Part shown: positions 18,162 through 28,966 of the stretch, piece by piece
Position numbering within the stretch: the stretch's first letter is position 1
How the letters are laid out: every line of letters begins with the position of its first letter
Assembly: GCA_963664405.1 (NCBI GenBank)
Contig: OY761158.1
Coordinates: 1,984,001 to 2,048,000 of the forward strand
Source of the DNA: Thermoanaerobaculia bacterium
GTDB lineage: Bacteria; Acidobacteriota; Thermoanaerobaculia; Multivoradales; Multivoraceae
Reading direction: 5' to 3'
Length of the DNA: 64,000 nt
Position numbers and translations under genes: made by a program
Notes under the pieces: model-generated
Database searches by the model: none
Told to the model about the DNA's origin: nothing
What the model saw: the letters and a program-made list of their open reading frames with translations, nothing else

Positions 18162-21100
18162 CTATCCGAGGCGACTCGCCGATCACCCCGCTCCCTCCTC
18201 CGGCTCCGGGCGCCGAAGCGAGCGTAGAGCGCGGGGATCACGAAGAGGTTGAGCAGCGTCGATGTGACCAGCCCCCCCAGGATCACCAGTGCCATCGGGT
18301 GCTCGATCTCGTAACCCGGCCGGTTGCCACCGACGACGATCGGCAGCAAGGCCAGCATGGTGGTCAGGGCGGTCATCAAGATCGGCGCAAGGCGCTCCTC
18401 CGCGCCGCGGAGTGCCAGCTCTCGGCCGAAGGGCAGGCCCTCCTCCAGCTGTAGATGCCGGTAATGGCTGATCAGCATGATGCCATTGCGGCCCGCGATC
18501 CCGAGAACGGTCACGAATCCCACGATCGCTCCCAGAGAGACGACACCGCCGCCGAGGGCGACCGCAACCACACCGCCAACCAGGGCGAAAGGCAGGCTCA
18601 GAAAGACGAGAAAAGTGAGCTGTGCGGACCGGAAGTCGGTGTGCAGGACGAGAAAGATTCCCAGAATCGAAAGCGCGGACAGAGAGAGCAGCCGATTTCT
18701 TGCCTTCTGTTGCTCGATGTACTCGCCCAGAAACTCGGGGTGGTAACCCTGCTCGAAGGCAACCGTTCCCACCCGATCTTCGATCTCGCGCGCCACGCTG
18801 CCGAGATCACGGCCGGCGACGTTGCAGATGACATCGATGCGTCGCGACGCATTCTCCCGCTCGATGGTGTTTGGCGTGGGCGCGATGAAAACGTCGGCCA
18901 CCTCGCCGAGAGGGACCTGCGCGCCGGACGGTGTGTCGATCTTCATCTCGCGGATTCTGGTGACGTCGTTACGCACCCCCGGGACACCCCAGACCACCAC
19001 GTCGAAAGTCATCTGGTCCTGGTAGATCTCCCCCACTTTGGTGCCCTTGACCAGGGTCGTGGTGGCCCGCCTTAGGTGCCCGGAGCTGAGCCCGAACTGC
19101 TCCGCGCTGCTCTCACGCAGCCGGATCACCAGCTGCGGCACCATCACCTGCTGCTCTACGTGCAGATCCACGACCCCCGGAACCTGCCCCATCTCCGCGG
19201 CGACCGCCTCGGCGTGGGCGTAGAGCTGTTCGAGGTCGGGACCGAAGATCCGGACCACGATCGACCCGCTGGCTCCGGTCAGAACCTCCTTGATCCTCTC
19301 CTTGAGATAGGTGAGCACATCCCGGTACAGACCGGGGTAACCGTTGACCACCTCCTGGATCTTCGCCACCGAGGCGTCATAGTCGACGTCCGGATCGAGA
19401 CTGATCCAGAGCTCGGTGAAGTTCGGCCCGACGACCTCGTCGGCCACTTCAGCACGACCGATGTGGGCGCCGAAGTTGCGGACCCCCGGGATCGCTCGAA
19501 GCTCCCGGCTCACTCGCTCGGTGATCCGGCGCATCGCAGCCAGCGAGGTCCCCGGCTTCTCGACCCAGTGCATCAGAAAATCGTACTCCTTGAACCTCGG
19601 CATGAACTCCTCGCCAAGCAGAGGCAGGCCGGCGACGGTAAGCCCCAGGACGACGGCCAGCCCTGCGAGCACCGTCTTCGGCCGGCGCATCAAGGCCGGC
19701 AGCGCCCGCCGATAGAGTCTCTTCAGGCCTCTCACCAGACGCGGCTCCGCATGCTTCTGGGCTGCACGGGGAAGCAACAGCAGAGACAGCGCCGGAGTGA
19801 CCGTCAGGGCGACCAGCAGCGAAGCGAGGATCGCGAGCACATAGGCTGAAGCCAGAGGCCGAAAGAACGATCCGGAGAGCCCGTCCAGAAAGAAGACCGG
19901 CAGGAACACCAGCACCACGATCACGCTGCCATAGACCACCGCACTACGAACCTCGAGGGAAGCTTCGAGGACGACGCGAAACACCGGTCGAGGCTCGCTC
20001 GCGGCTCGATTCAGCCGCAGGCGCCGAATGATGTTCTCGACGTCGATGATGGCATCGTCGACCACCTCTCCCAGCGCGATGATCAACCCGGCGAGGACCA
20101 TCGTGTTGATGGTCCAACCGAGCCAGTCGAGAATCAGCACCGCGGTGAGCAGCGACAGGGGGATCGCCAACACGCTGATGAGCCCCGTCCTCCACTCCTC
20201 GAGGAAGGCGAACAACACCACCGCCACCAAGAGACATCCCGCGAGGAGGGCAAAGCGCAGGTTGGACAACGACATTTCGATGAAGGTCGCGGGCCGGAAG
20301 ATCGTGGAGTCGATCGCAATGTCCGCCAGCCCCGGACCAAGTGCATCGAGCGCGGCCTCGACTCCGCGGGTCACCTCGAAGGTGTTGCCCCACGGCTGCT
20401 TCTCGACGATCAGCAACAGCCCGGGCCCGTCGTTGATCACCGCATCCCCGATCGGCTGCGCGAAACCCTCTACGACATCGGCGACGTCCCCCAGCTCGAG
20501 CGCCGCTCCGTCGCGAAAATCGATCGGCAGGCGGGCGAGATCCTCCTCGGTCTCGACCGCTTGCCGGTGCAGTATCGCGAGGCGCTGATTCGGCGTATCG
20601 ACAAAGCCACCCGCACCGACGAAGAGAGCGGAGCGCAGAGCCTCGACCAGGCCCTCGAGAGTCAGGCTGTGAGCCCTCAGACGCTCCGGATCCACCAGTG
20701 CCTGCAGCTGGCGGTCCTTCTGTCCCCAGATCGCCACGTTGGCGACGCCGGGAACCGCCATCATGCGCGGCCGCATCGTCCATACCGCAAGGGTGGTCAG
20801 CTCCATCTGCGAGAACTTCTCGGAGGTCACCCCGACCTTCAGTACGCGACTCGTTGCCGAAAGGGGCGGCACCATCACCGGCGGACTCGCGACTTCGGGT
20901 AGTCGGCCGGTCAAGGTCGTGAGCCTTTCCTGAACGACTTGGCGCGCCTGCCAAAGATCCGTGCCCTGCTCGAAAATCAGTACCACCGAAGACAGACCGA
21001 GGACCGATTTCGAGCGCACCGTCTCGAGGAATGAAATGCCGTTGACGACGCTCTCGATCGGCACACTGACCAGGCTCTCCACCTCTTCGGTCGAAAGGCC

Positions 21101-21262
21101 GGGAGCCTCGGTCTGAATCTCAACCAGGGTCGGCGCGAACTCGGGGAAGACGTCGAAGGGCATCGTGCGCGAAGCCCTGACACCCACCACGATCAGCACC
21201 GCCGCCAGGACCACCACCACCCCACGGTGGCGCAGAGAGATGGAAACGAGCCAATTCATCAT
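18158..21262 (-). CDS. CusA/CzcA-family RND efflux permease
   Basis: [34 protein letters not shown] and [12 protein letters not shown]; about 1030 aa. Confidence 0.93.
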   Translation of the reverse strand: MMNWLVSISLRHRGVVVVLAAVLIVVGVRASRTMPFDVFPEFAPTLVEIQTEAPGLSTEEVESLVSVPIESVVNGISFLETVRSKSVLGLSSVVLIFEQGTDLWQARQVVQERLTTLTGRLPEVASPPVMVPPLSATSRVLKVGVTSEKFSQMELTTLAVWTMRPRMMAVPGVANVAIWGQKDRQLQALVDPERLRAHSLTLEGLVEALRSALFVGAGGFVDTPNQRLAILHRQAVETEEDLARLPIDFRDGAALELGDVADVVEGFAQPIGDAVINDGPGLLLIVEKQPWGNTFEVTRGVEAALDALGPGLADIAIDSTIFRPATFIEMSLSNLRFALLAGCLLVAVVLFAFLEEWRTGLISVLAIPLSLLTAVLILDWLGWTINTMVLAGLIIALGEVVDDAIIDVENIIRRLRLNRAASEPRPVFRVVLEASLEVRSAVVYGSVIVVLVFLPVFFLDGLSGSFFRPLASAYVLAILASLLVALTVTPALSLLLLPRAAQKHAEPRLVRGLKRLYRRALPALMRRPKTVLAGLAVVLGLTVAGLPLLGEEFMPRFKEYDFLMHWVEKPGTSLAAMRRITERVSRELRAIPGVRNFGAHIGRAEVADEVVGPNFTELWISLDPDVDYDASVAKIQEVVNGYPGLYRDVLTYLKERIKEVLTGASGSIVVRIFGPDLEQLYAHAEAVAAEMGQVPGVVDLHVEQQVMVPQLVIRLRESSAEQFGLSSGHLRRATTTLVKGTKVGEIYQDQMTFDVVVWGVPGVRNDVTRIREMKIDTPSGAQVPLGEVADVFIAPTPNTIERENASRRIDVICNVAGRDLGSVAREIEDRVGTVAFEQGYHPEFLGEYIEQQKARNRLLSLSALSILGIFLVLHTDFRSAQLTFLVFLSLPFALVGGVVAVALGGGVVSLGAIVGFVTVLGIAGRNGIMLISHYRHLQLEEGLPFGRELALRGAEERLAPILMTALTTMLALLPIVVGGNRPGYEIEHPMALVILGGLVTSTLLNLFVIPALYARFGARSRRRERGDRRVASDS

Positions 21263-21283
21263 GGTGAGCGGGGACCTTCGGCG

Positions 21284-22483
21284 CTAATGGCCGGCCTCGA
21301 ATTCGGTCCCGAAGAGCTCAGCCGCACCGGTGACCACCACGACGCTTCCAACAGCGGGACCTCGACTCAGAACCGCCCAATCGTCGACGGTGTGGCTCAC
21401 TTCCACCCGCCGGCGTTGAAAGACCTGAGGCGCCTTCACCTGATACACCCAGGTGCCGCCGTCGATGTCATAGAGGACCGCCGTGAGCGCTACCACCGGG
21501 CTCGTCTCCCCGACTCCACCGGATTCCAGAACAGGGACCGAGACACCGACCTTTCGGCCCGGCCGCAGCGCGCCATCGTCGTTCTCTATCTCGTAGAACA
21601 CATCGGCCGTCGCCGCCTCGGGATTCGCCGACGGCGGCCCTACGATCGGCTGTGCGCGACCCAGCGGGTCCTCGCGGACACCGAGTCGGTGCACCTCAGC
21701 GCTGCTGCTCAAGTCCAGCGACGCGAGCTCCCCTACGTAGACCGGAACCCGAATCCACAGCGGGTCTTCGGCGGAGACCTCGAACAGAGGTGCCGAAGCA
21801 GCGACCGTGTGACCCGGGCTGGCGAAGACCTCCCCCAAGCGGCCCTCGAAGGGCGCCTCGATCGCCAGCGCACCACTTCCGCCACTCGACTTCGGACTGC
21901 GCAGGAGGTCGAGCTGTCTTCGAGAGGCTTGCAGGTTGGCCTCGGCGACCTTCAACTCCGCTCTTGCCTGCTCGGCCTGTCTGACACTGCCTGCCCCTTC
22001 CAGGAGCAGCTGTTCGGCCCGTTCCGACTGCAAGCGGGCCGCCTCGGCACGAGCCAGACTCTCGGCTTCGAGCCTGACGAAATCCTGGTCTGGAGGGGTC
22101 AGAGGCACCAGCCCGAAAACCGGCTGCCCCTTACGAAGTCGATCTCCGGAACGGGGAGCCTCGCCCCCATCCAGCGCCGCCAGGGTGCCGCCAAGCGGCG
22201 CGGTAACGATGACCGAGCGCCCGGGAGCCGTCATCAGCTCACCCGCGTAAGAGTGGGCCCGACCCAGACTGCGCAGAACGACCTCGGCGGTCTCGATACC
22301 GAGCCTCTCAACGGCCTGCGGCGTCAGAGTGATCGTGGTGAGATCGCTCTCCGCGCGCGGATTCTCCACCCGCGAGGGAGCTTCGACAGATTTCACCGCG
22401 GGTGGCGGCTGACAGGCCAGGAAGAGACTCCAGCCAAGCGACCCCAAGATGAACGGAATCCATGTCTTTCGATTCGAGGTCAT
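21284..22483 (-). CDS. RND periplasmic adaptor (MFP), lipoprotein
   Basis: Lipobox FLAC; IEAPFEGRL and LRPG motifs; located in the RND operon. Confidence 0.9.
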   Translation of the reverse strand: MTSNRKTWIPFILGSLGWSLFLACQPPPAVKSVEAPSRVENPRAESDLTTITLTPQAVERLGIETAEVVLRSLGRAHSYAGELMTAPGRSVIVTAPLGGTLAALDGGEAPRSGDRLRKGQPVFGLVPLTPPDQDFVRLEAESLARAEAARLQSERAEQLLLEGAGSVRQAEQARAELKVAEANLQASRRQLDLLRSPKSSGGSGALAIEAPFEGRLGEVFASPGHTVAASAPLFEVSAEDPLWIRVPVYVGELASLDLSSSAEVHRLGVREDPLGRAQPIVGPPSANPEAATADVFYEIENDDGALRPGRKVGVSVPVLESGGVGETSPVVALTAVLYDIDGGTWVYQVKAPQVFQRRRVEVSHTVDDWAVLSRGPAVGSVVVVTGAAELFGTEFEAGH

Positions 22484-22485
22484 TT

Positions 22486-23814
22486 CTACTCACCCGCCTG
22501 TTGGTTCGCGGCCGGAAGCGACCTGAGATTCATCCCCACCGAAGCCTCGAGACGAGCCCACTCTGTCGCCACCTGATGAGCGAGCTCGGCCTCCTCTCTG
22601 TGGCCGCCAAGAGTCACCAGCTCGGCTCTCGTAACCTCGAGAGACGCGACCTCACCCATTTCATACGCCTTTCGGACCCGCCGCTCGGTCTCGCCGAGGA
22701 CGGGTAGCAGATCCCGCCGATGCCGCGCCAGCGCCTGGTCCGCAAGAGACAGTAGCGCATGGCACTCGCGAACTTCCAGAACGATGCGGCTCCGCGCCGC
22801 CGCATAGCGGTGACCCGCGCCTTCGATCAGAGCCGCGGCGCGAGCGATCTCCGCCTGACTTCGGTCGAAGATCGGCAGCTCGAAGTCCAACCCGGGACCG
22901 AGCAGGAGGCGATCCCCGTCTGTCTCGTCGGCGTCGATCGCGGCGGTGAGCTTGAGCCGCTCGCTCTTCGCCAGACCTACTCTGTTGGCCGCAGCCTCGA
23001 CTTCGAGCTCGGCGGCGCGAAGATCGGGACGCGCTGCCAGGGCGTCATCGAGAAGGCGCTCGAGAGCGGGCACCACCGCCGCTTCTGCCGTCGCGACGAC
23101 GGGGTCGAGAGCGACCCTGCGTTCCTGCTCACCGAGACCGAGAAGGGCCAGAAGGCGATCCTCTGCCAATGAGGCTCCACTCCGAGACCTGTGCTCCTGC
23201 TGGGCCGCCGCCACCGCCGCCTGGGTTGCCGCGCTCGCTTCGAGCTCGCTGATATCGCCGAGACGAAGGCGAACCCTCATCAAACGAGCGATCTCCTCCG
23301 CCTGCTCCGCAGCTAGAGAATCCAGATCTCGGAGTCTCTTCGCCAGAATGAGATCGGCAAAAGCCGTCTTCGAATCGCGCGCCACGCTCAACCCACTCTG
23401 AACCAAATTGGACGCGACGACCTCGACGTTGGTCTGCGCAATCGACACCCTCCTCGGTCTCTGCCAGAGAGCCTCCAACGGCCAACGAAGAGCGGCCTCC
23501 AATTGCTTCGGGCCGCTCGGAAAGAGCAGCGAGAGGACCGGGTTCTGCAGCAGCCCCGCGGCCAGGAGATCCGCCCTGGCGAGCCCCAGATCGCTCAGGT
23601 CGGCCAGGAAGTCGGGGTTGTTCCACAGCGCGATCGCGACCGACTCGTCCTCGGTCAGTCCGTCGGTGAGGACAACCCCTTCAGGCAAGCCGGTCGCCGA
23701 CTCGGGCTCTGGTGGCGCCAGGACGTGGCCCGTCCTCTCGCGCAGATCTTCGGAGACCGACTCCGTCGTCGTGTCCGAGGTCACACTGGTGCAGGCCGTG
23801 GACAACAGTGCCAC
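22486..23814 (-). CDS. TolC-family outer membrane efflux protein
   Basis: IALWNNPD, ALAARPDLRAA and ELPIFDR motifs; lipobox STAC; true start probably slightly upstream (about 23853). Confidence 0.88.
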   Translation of the reverse strand: MALLSTACTSVTSDTTTESVSEDLRERTGHVLAPPEPESATGLPEGVVLTDGLTEDESVAIALWNNPDFLADLSDLGLARADLLAAGLLQNPVLSLLFPSGPKQLEAALRWPLEALWQRPRRVSIAQTNVEVVASNLVQSGLSVARDSKTAFADLILAKRLRDLDSLAAEQAEEIARLMRVRLRLGDISELEASAATQAAVAAAQQEHRSRSGASLAEDRLLALLGLGEQERRVALDPVVATAEAAVVPALERLLDDALAARPDLRAAELEVEAAANRVGLAKSERLKLTAAIDADETDGDRLLLGPGLDFELPIFDRSQAEIARAAALIEGAGHRYAAARSRIVLEVRECHALLSLADQALARHRRDLLPVLGETERRVRKAYEMGEVASLEVTRAELVTLGGHREEAELAHQVATEWARLEASVGMNLRSLPAANQQAGE

Positions 23815-23952
23815 GACGAGTGAAGATCCCAGTGTTGAGTACCGGTAGCGCAGATCGGCTCCTTGACTGTGAGTACTCCGGAATTAGACCATGAGACCTC
23901 CCGAGCGCTCGAAGTGGCAGCGCGCGCCACCCTCTACGCCAAAGGAGAGACA

Positions 23953-24951
23953 ATGCCCTCACAGCATCACAAGATCCACTTCGACGTGATCGAAGGCTGG
24001 GAGCAGCTTCCGGAGGGCTGGTCTTTCACCGAAGTCGCCGGCGTGGCATGCGACTCCCGCGATCGGGTCTACGTCTTCTGTCGCGGCGAGCACCCGCTCA
24101 TCGTCTTCGACAAAGACGGCCACTTTCTAGACGCCTGGGGCGAGGGCATATTCGACATCCCGCACGGCATCTTCATCGACGGCGAAGACCAGGTTCATCT
24201 GGTCGACTCCGGCGATCACACCATCCGTTCCTTTTCGAGCCAGGGAAGCTTGCTCGGCATTCTCGGCGAACCGGGAGTCAGCTCTGACACCGGCTTCGAG
24301 GTCAATGCCTCTCCGGTCACTCACTCCGGTGGGCCGTTCAACCGAGTGACGAATGTCGCGGTCCGGCCCGACGGCAGCCGCTACGTGGCCGATGGCTACG
24401 GCAATGCGCGGGTGCACAAGTTCAACGCCTCCGGCGAGCACGTGCTCTCCTGGGGCGCGCCCGGGACCGGACCGGGTCAGTTCAACCTGCCCCACGGAAT
24501 CGCCGTCGACAGCGCCGGCACCGTCTACGTCGCGGACCGGGAGAACAGCCGGGTGCAGCTCTTCGGGCCTGAAGGCGAGCTCATCACCATCTGGGACTTC
24601 GTCAATCGACCCGACGACATCTTCATCGACGAGCAAGACATGGTGCATGTCGCGGAGCTCGGCTTTCGTTCCGGAGTTGGAACGGTCCCACACTTTCGAT
24701 TCATGAACGAGCCACCCGCCGGCCACGACCCGATCGCACGAGTCGGCATCTACGATCCGGACGGGAACGTTGTCGCTCGGATCGGCGGAGAAGAGGAAGT
24801 GCTCCCCGGCAACTTCATCGCCCCCCACGGGCTTTGGGCCGACTCTCACGGCGACCTCTACGTCGGTGAGGTGGTGGTCGCCTCGGGTGCTGCCGCCCGC
24901 CTGGCCCCTCTGCCCGCCACCTCGTTTCAGAAGTTCACGCGTTCCGGCTAG
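23953..24951 (+). CDS. NHL-repeat protein (peptidyl-alpha-hydroxyglycine lyase-like)
   Basis: YVADGYGNARVHKF and GPGQFNLPHGIAVD...VYVADRENSRVQ; SD AAGGAG before ATG 23953. Confidence 0.88.
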   Translation: MPSQHHKIHFDVIEGWEQLPEGWSFTEVAGVACDSRDRVYVFCRGEHPLIVFDKDGHFLDAWGEGIFDIPHGIFIDGEDQVHLVDSGDHTIRSFSSQGSLLGILGEPGVSSDTGFEVNASPVTHSGGPFNRVTNVAVRPDGSRYVADGYGNARVHKFNASGEHVLSWGAPGTGPGQFNLPHGIAVDSAGTVYVADRENSRVQLFGPEGELITIWDFVNRPDDIFIDEQDMVHVAELGFRSGVGTVPHFRFMNEPPAGHDPIARVGIYDPDGNVVARIGGEEEVLPGNFIAPHGLWADSHGDLYVGEVVVASGAAARLAPLPATSFQKFTRSG

Positions 24952-24987
24952 GAGCCTGCGCAGCAGGCGAGTAGTTCTCAGGTGGTG

Positions 24988-25859
24988 CTAGGAGGTCGGA
25001 TCTTCGGAGGAGGACCTCGCTCCGGGAAGGGGCGGAAGCTCCACGAAGTCGCCGGGTCGCTTCTCTTTGTTCGCCGTCATCGCCTCCATGACCTCCTCGT
25101 TCTGCGACATGCTGGCGTTCCAGATGGCGATGTAGTCGAGGGAGTCGGCCGTCGAGTGATCGCGGGCGTGGTTGATCATCCGCTTGCAGCCGTAGACCGC
25201 CAGCGGCGGTTTGCCGGCAATCTCTTGCGCAATCTGATCGACCTCGGCGAGCATCGTCTCCTGATCGGGAAAGACTCGGTTGACCAGACCAACCTCCCTC
25301 GCCTCCGCCGCCGACATTCGGCGACCGGTGTAGGCCAGCTCGCGGGCGATACCCTCCGGAATCAACTTCGCGATGCGCGGAAAAGTACCGACGTCGGCGG
25401 TCATCCCGATATTGATCTCGAAAATGGTGAAGAAGGCGTCCTCGGTCGCATAGCGCATGTCGCAAGCTGTAGACAGGTCGACGCCACCCCCGATCGCCCC
25501 CCCTGAATGCAGGCAAGCACCGGCACCCGGCAGTTCTCGAGGCAGGAAAAGGAATGCTGCATCTCGAGCACATTCCCGTAAAAGCGCGCGCCGTGCTGCA
25601 GGCGAGTCTTGCGTGCAGCCTCCGGGTCATCGTCCTTCGAGCCGCCGCCGAAGGACCCCAGATCGAGTCCCGCCGAAAAGTGCGGGCCTGTGGAAGAGAG
25701 GACGATCACCCTGGCCCTAGAGCTCGCGTCGATATCCTTCACGATCCGGGGCAGCTCGTCCCAGAAAGCGGGGATCATGCTGTTGCGCTTCTCGGGGCGA
25801 TTCAACACCACATGAGCGACCCGATCCGAAATGCGAACATCGAAACACTCGTAACTCAT
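24988..25859 (-). CDS. Enoyl-CoA hydratase/crotonase (frameshift in G run about 25497-25503)
   Basis: LNRPEKRNSM and HFSAGLDL in ORF 25401..25877; MRYATEDAFF..EINIGMTADVG in ORF 24988..25458; one extra G restores IQGGAIGGGVDL. Confidence 0.88.
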
Positions 25860-25873
25860 ATGTACCGCCTCCC

Positions 25874-27043
25874 TCAAGCCTCGAGAAACTTACCCATCCG
25901 GTCCAAGGCGGTGCGAATGTTCTCCACGCTGTTGGCATAGGAGAAGCGCACAAAGCCCTCGCCGAGAGCGCCGAAGCTGGTGCCCGCCACGGTCGCCACT
26001 CCGATCTCTTCGAGCAGCCGATTCTGAATGGTACGAGCGTCCAGGCCCGTCCCTTCGATATTGGGGAAGGCGTAGAACGCTCCGGCTGGGCGCCGGCAGC
26101 GCACCCCGGGGAGTGCATTGAGGCCGTCGACGATCACCTCGCGACGCTCGTCGAATGCCCGCACCATCTCGTCGACCGCGTCCTGCGGACCCTCCAGCGC
26201 AGCGATCCCGGCGAACTGGGCGGAGGCGTTGACGCAGGAGTGGCAGTTGACCGCCAAGCGGGTGGCACCTTCGACCAAGGTCTCGGGCCAGACCGCATAT
26301 CCCAAGCGCCAGCCGGTCATGGCAAAAGTCTTGCTCCAGCCATCGAGCAAGATGAGCTGGTCGACGAGCTCGGGATAGGCCAAGAGGGTGGTGTGCCCCA
26401 GCCCGTCGTAGGTGATGCGCGAGTAGATCTCGTCGCTAAGCACTGCCACATGGGGGTGCTCCGCCAGCCCCGCCACCAGGCGATCGATCTCGGCCTTCAG
26501 CACCGCGCCTCCGGTCGGATTGGCCGGTGAATTGAGGATGAGGAGCCGGGTGCGAGGAGTGATGAGACTCAGCACTTCGTCGGCGTCGAAGGAGAAGTCC
26601 TTATCCTCGAGGAGCGGCGTCGGGATCGCCTTGGCCCCGGAAAAGATGATCATCGACTCGTAGATCGGGAAGCCCGGATTTGGGTAGAGGATCTCCGCGC
26701 CAGGCTCTCCGAACATCAAAATGGCGAAGAACATCGTCGGCTTGCCGCCCGGCATGATCACGATGCGCTCAGGGCTGACCTCCACCCCACGGTACTTCAG
26801 AATGTCCGCGGCTACCGCTTCGCGCAGCGCGGGGATCCCCGGTGAAGGGGTGTAGCCATGGTGGCCATCGTGCAGCGCCTTGACCGCTGCCTCGACGATA
26901 TGCGGAGGGGTCTTGAAGTCCGGCTGGCCGATCCCGAGGTTGATGATGTCGCGCCCTTCGCGAGCGAGAGCCTCGGCCCGCGCCAGCACTTCGAAGGCGG
27001 TCTCGGTCCCCAGCCGCCCCATCTTTTCCGATAACTTGAGCAT
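25874..27043 (-). CDS. PLP-dependent aminotransferase class I/II (aspartate aminotransferase-like)
   Basis: LGIGQPDF, NSPANPTG, SDEIY and WSKTFAMTGWRLG. Confidence 0.95.
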   Translation of the reverse strand: MLKLSEKMGRLGTETAFEVLARAEALAREGRDIINLGIGQPDFKTPPHIVEAAVKALHDGHHGYTPSPGIPALREAVAADILKYRGVEVSPERIVIMPGGKPTMFFAILMFGEPGAEILYPNPGFPIYESMIIFSGAKAIPTPLLEDKDFSFDADEVLSLITPRTRLLILNSPANPTGGAVLKAEIDRLVAGLAEHPHVAVLSDEIYSRITYDGLGHTTLLAYPELVDQLILLDGWSKTFAMTGWRLGYAVWPETLVEGATRLAVNCHSCVNASAQFAGIAALEGPQDAVDEMVRAFDERREVIVDGLNALPGVRCRRPAGAFYAFPNIEGTGLDARTIQNRLLEEIGVATVAGTSFGALGEGFVRFSYANSVENIRTALDRMGKFLEA

Positions 27044-27101
27044 CTTCGAAACCCCTCACTGGTATCTACGCTGCGCGATGATAGCGAAACAAAGCGCTGG
27101 C

Positions 27102-27483
27102 TTAGGCCAGCGCCAGAGCCACCGCGATCTCGCGCTGGCGCTGATCGAGGGTAACGAAGCTTAGCTCTCCAACAGCGCCGCGCAGATACAACGCACAGGC
27201 GAGGTGCCACAGATCGGCACCACGGACGTCGCTGCGCGAGAGAACTTCGCGGCATTCGGCAGTCAGAGGGCGATCCGGGAACACCCAGGTCATCCACGAC
27301 AACAGGCTGTCCTGTTCTTGATCCAGCTTCTCGCGCTGAAGGGTGGCGCGGAACTCCGCCTCGAGCAGATTCGAGGCGATGCGCCGGTCAAAGCCACCTC
27401 AGCCTGCGCGCCAGCGCCTCATAGCCAGGCTCGGCAAAAGCCACGGCTATGAGTGCCGAAGCGTCGCCGTAGGTCGGCTTCAA
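27102..27483 (-). pseudogene. VapC/PIN-domain toxin, disrupted
   Basis: TTG 27483 gives KPTYGDASALIAVAFAEPG, then a stop or frameshift; second frame SNLLEAEFRA...RGADLWHLACALY...FVTLDQRQ. Confidence 0.75.
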
Positions 27484-27754
27484 TCGCGGGACTCCAGAAA
27501 TCTGGCCAGCGCTCCAATTGAGGTCGCGATCGGGGCCAACTCGGAGGTCGGCGATTCTCCCTAACTCACGCCTCCCCGATCCTCGAGCAACAGCAGGCGC
27601 TCCACGTCTGTCTTCTCCCGTCTGAGGGGCCGAATCTCTGCCACGCCTCTTCCTCTATACGAAATATAGACGGACTCACCGCCTCGAACCTTGCGCAGGA
27701 TCTCGCTGAATCTCGCCTTGGCATCATATGTGGTAAGTAGCTTCTACGCTTCAT
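27480..27754 (-). pseudogene. Phd/YefM antitoxin, disrupted
   Basis: Frame pieces TYDAKARFSEILRKVRGGESVYISYRGRGVAEIRP and GALARFLESRD*, separated by frameshifts and a stop. Confidence 0.75.
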
Positions 27755-27763
27755 CGATTAACC

Positions 27764-27788
27764 ATATAGCTAGTCAGACTAGTCATAT
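27764..27788. promoter_or_regulatory. Palindromic operator upstream of the TA pair
   Basis: ATATAGCTAGTC-A-GACTAGTCATAT (10/12 arm match) directly before the antitoxin start. Confidence 0.6.
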
Positions 27789-27889
27789 AAGTCCACGAAC
27801 AGGCAAGGAACACGACGGCGTTCAGCCCGAGGAGCAGATGGGACTTTGCGAGTGATACATTCGAGCGCTCCCATGATCCCGAGGACCCT

Positions 27890-28873
27890 TTGAAACAGAC
27901 GATAGCGGTCATCTCCGCCGTTCTTGCCCTCGGCATGGCCACCTTTCCGGCCTCGGGTCAGTCGGTGCGTGTCGAGCGCCTGCTCGATCATCCGATCATC
28001 CAACCCGATATGGATGGGTCGATGGGCAGCAATATCGCCGGCCCGTCACTGATCCGAGTGCCGGGCTGGATCGAGAAGCCACTCGGGCGCTACTACCTCT
28101 ACTTCGCCGACCACGAGGGCACCTACATTCGGCTCGCCTATGCCGACAATCTGCTGGGCCCGTGGAAAACGCATGAGCCAGGTACCCTGCGGCTCGAGGA
28201 CTCCCACTTCCCCACCACCTGCCCGCCTTGCTCCCCGTCGACGCCTGGGGGTCGGGCCTATGTGCACATCGCGTCGCCGGACGTACACGTTATCGACGAA
28301 CGGCATGAGATCGTCATGTACATCCACGGGCGAGACGCCGGCGCCCAGGTGACGCGGGTAGCAACCTCGAGCGACGGCCTACACTTCGAAGCACGTCCGG
28401 AGATTCTCGGCCGGCCCTACTTCCGCGCCTTCCCGCACCGCCACCACATCTACGCGATCTCCTCGCCAGGCGTTGTGGTGAGATCGACTGACGGTTTGGC
28501 GAGCTTCGAAGAGGGCCCCCAGCTCTTTACCCCGGATATGCGGCATTCGGCCGTGCTCAAGCGGGGGGACACCCTCTATGTCTTCTTCAGCGAGCGCAGG
28601 GCGGCGCCCGAGCGCATCCTGTTGGCGACGATCGACCTTTCCAAGGACTGGTCCCAGTGGAAGGAGAGCGAGCCGGCGGAGGTTCTCCGACCCCAGACAC
28701 CGTGGGAGGGAGCCGAGCTTCCGATCGAGCCCTCTCGAGGTGGCTCGATCAACGAGCCGGTCAACCAGCTCCGTGATCCGGCCATCTTTGAAGAGGGCGA
28801 ACGGATCTTCATGCTCTACTCGGTGGCCGGCGAGCGGGGAATCGCCATCGCCGAAGTGCACCTGGAACCGTAG
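27890..28873 (+). CDS. Secreted hypothetical protein, paralog of 6402-7463
   Basis: Signal peptide; YYLYFADHEG, HIASPDVH, MRHSA and NQLRDPAI. Confidence 0.75.
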   Translation: MKQTIAVISAVLALGMATFPASGQSVRVERLLDHPIIQPDMDGSMGSNIAGPSLIRVPGWIEKPLGRYYLYFADHEGTYIRLAYADNLLGPWKTHEPGTLRLEDSHFPTTCPPCSPSTPGGRAYVHIASPDVHVIDERHEIVMYIHGRDAGAQVTRVATSSDGLHFEARPEILGRPYFRAFPHRHHIYAISSPGVVVRSTDGLASFEEGPQLFTPDMRHSAVLKRGDTLYVFFSERRAAPERILLATIDLSKDWSQWKESEPAEVLRPQTPWEGAELPIEPSRGGSINEPVNQLRDPAIFEEGERIFMLYSVAGERGIAIAEVHLEP

Positions 28874-28966
28874 CGCCGCGGATGAACATCGATCGCAGAC
28901 CCATCGCGCCGGCCTCATAGCCCCTACACGGCTGCACGACACCGCGGAGACGAGGGAGATGGTTCT

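Noticed and set aside
17782-18186. ORFs 17782..18186, 7485..7703, 7534..7839 and 36054..37016 sharing similar peptides
   Set aside because: The similarity derives from translating the MITE, not from a protein family
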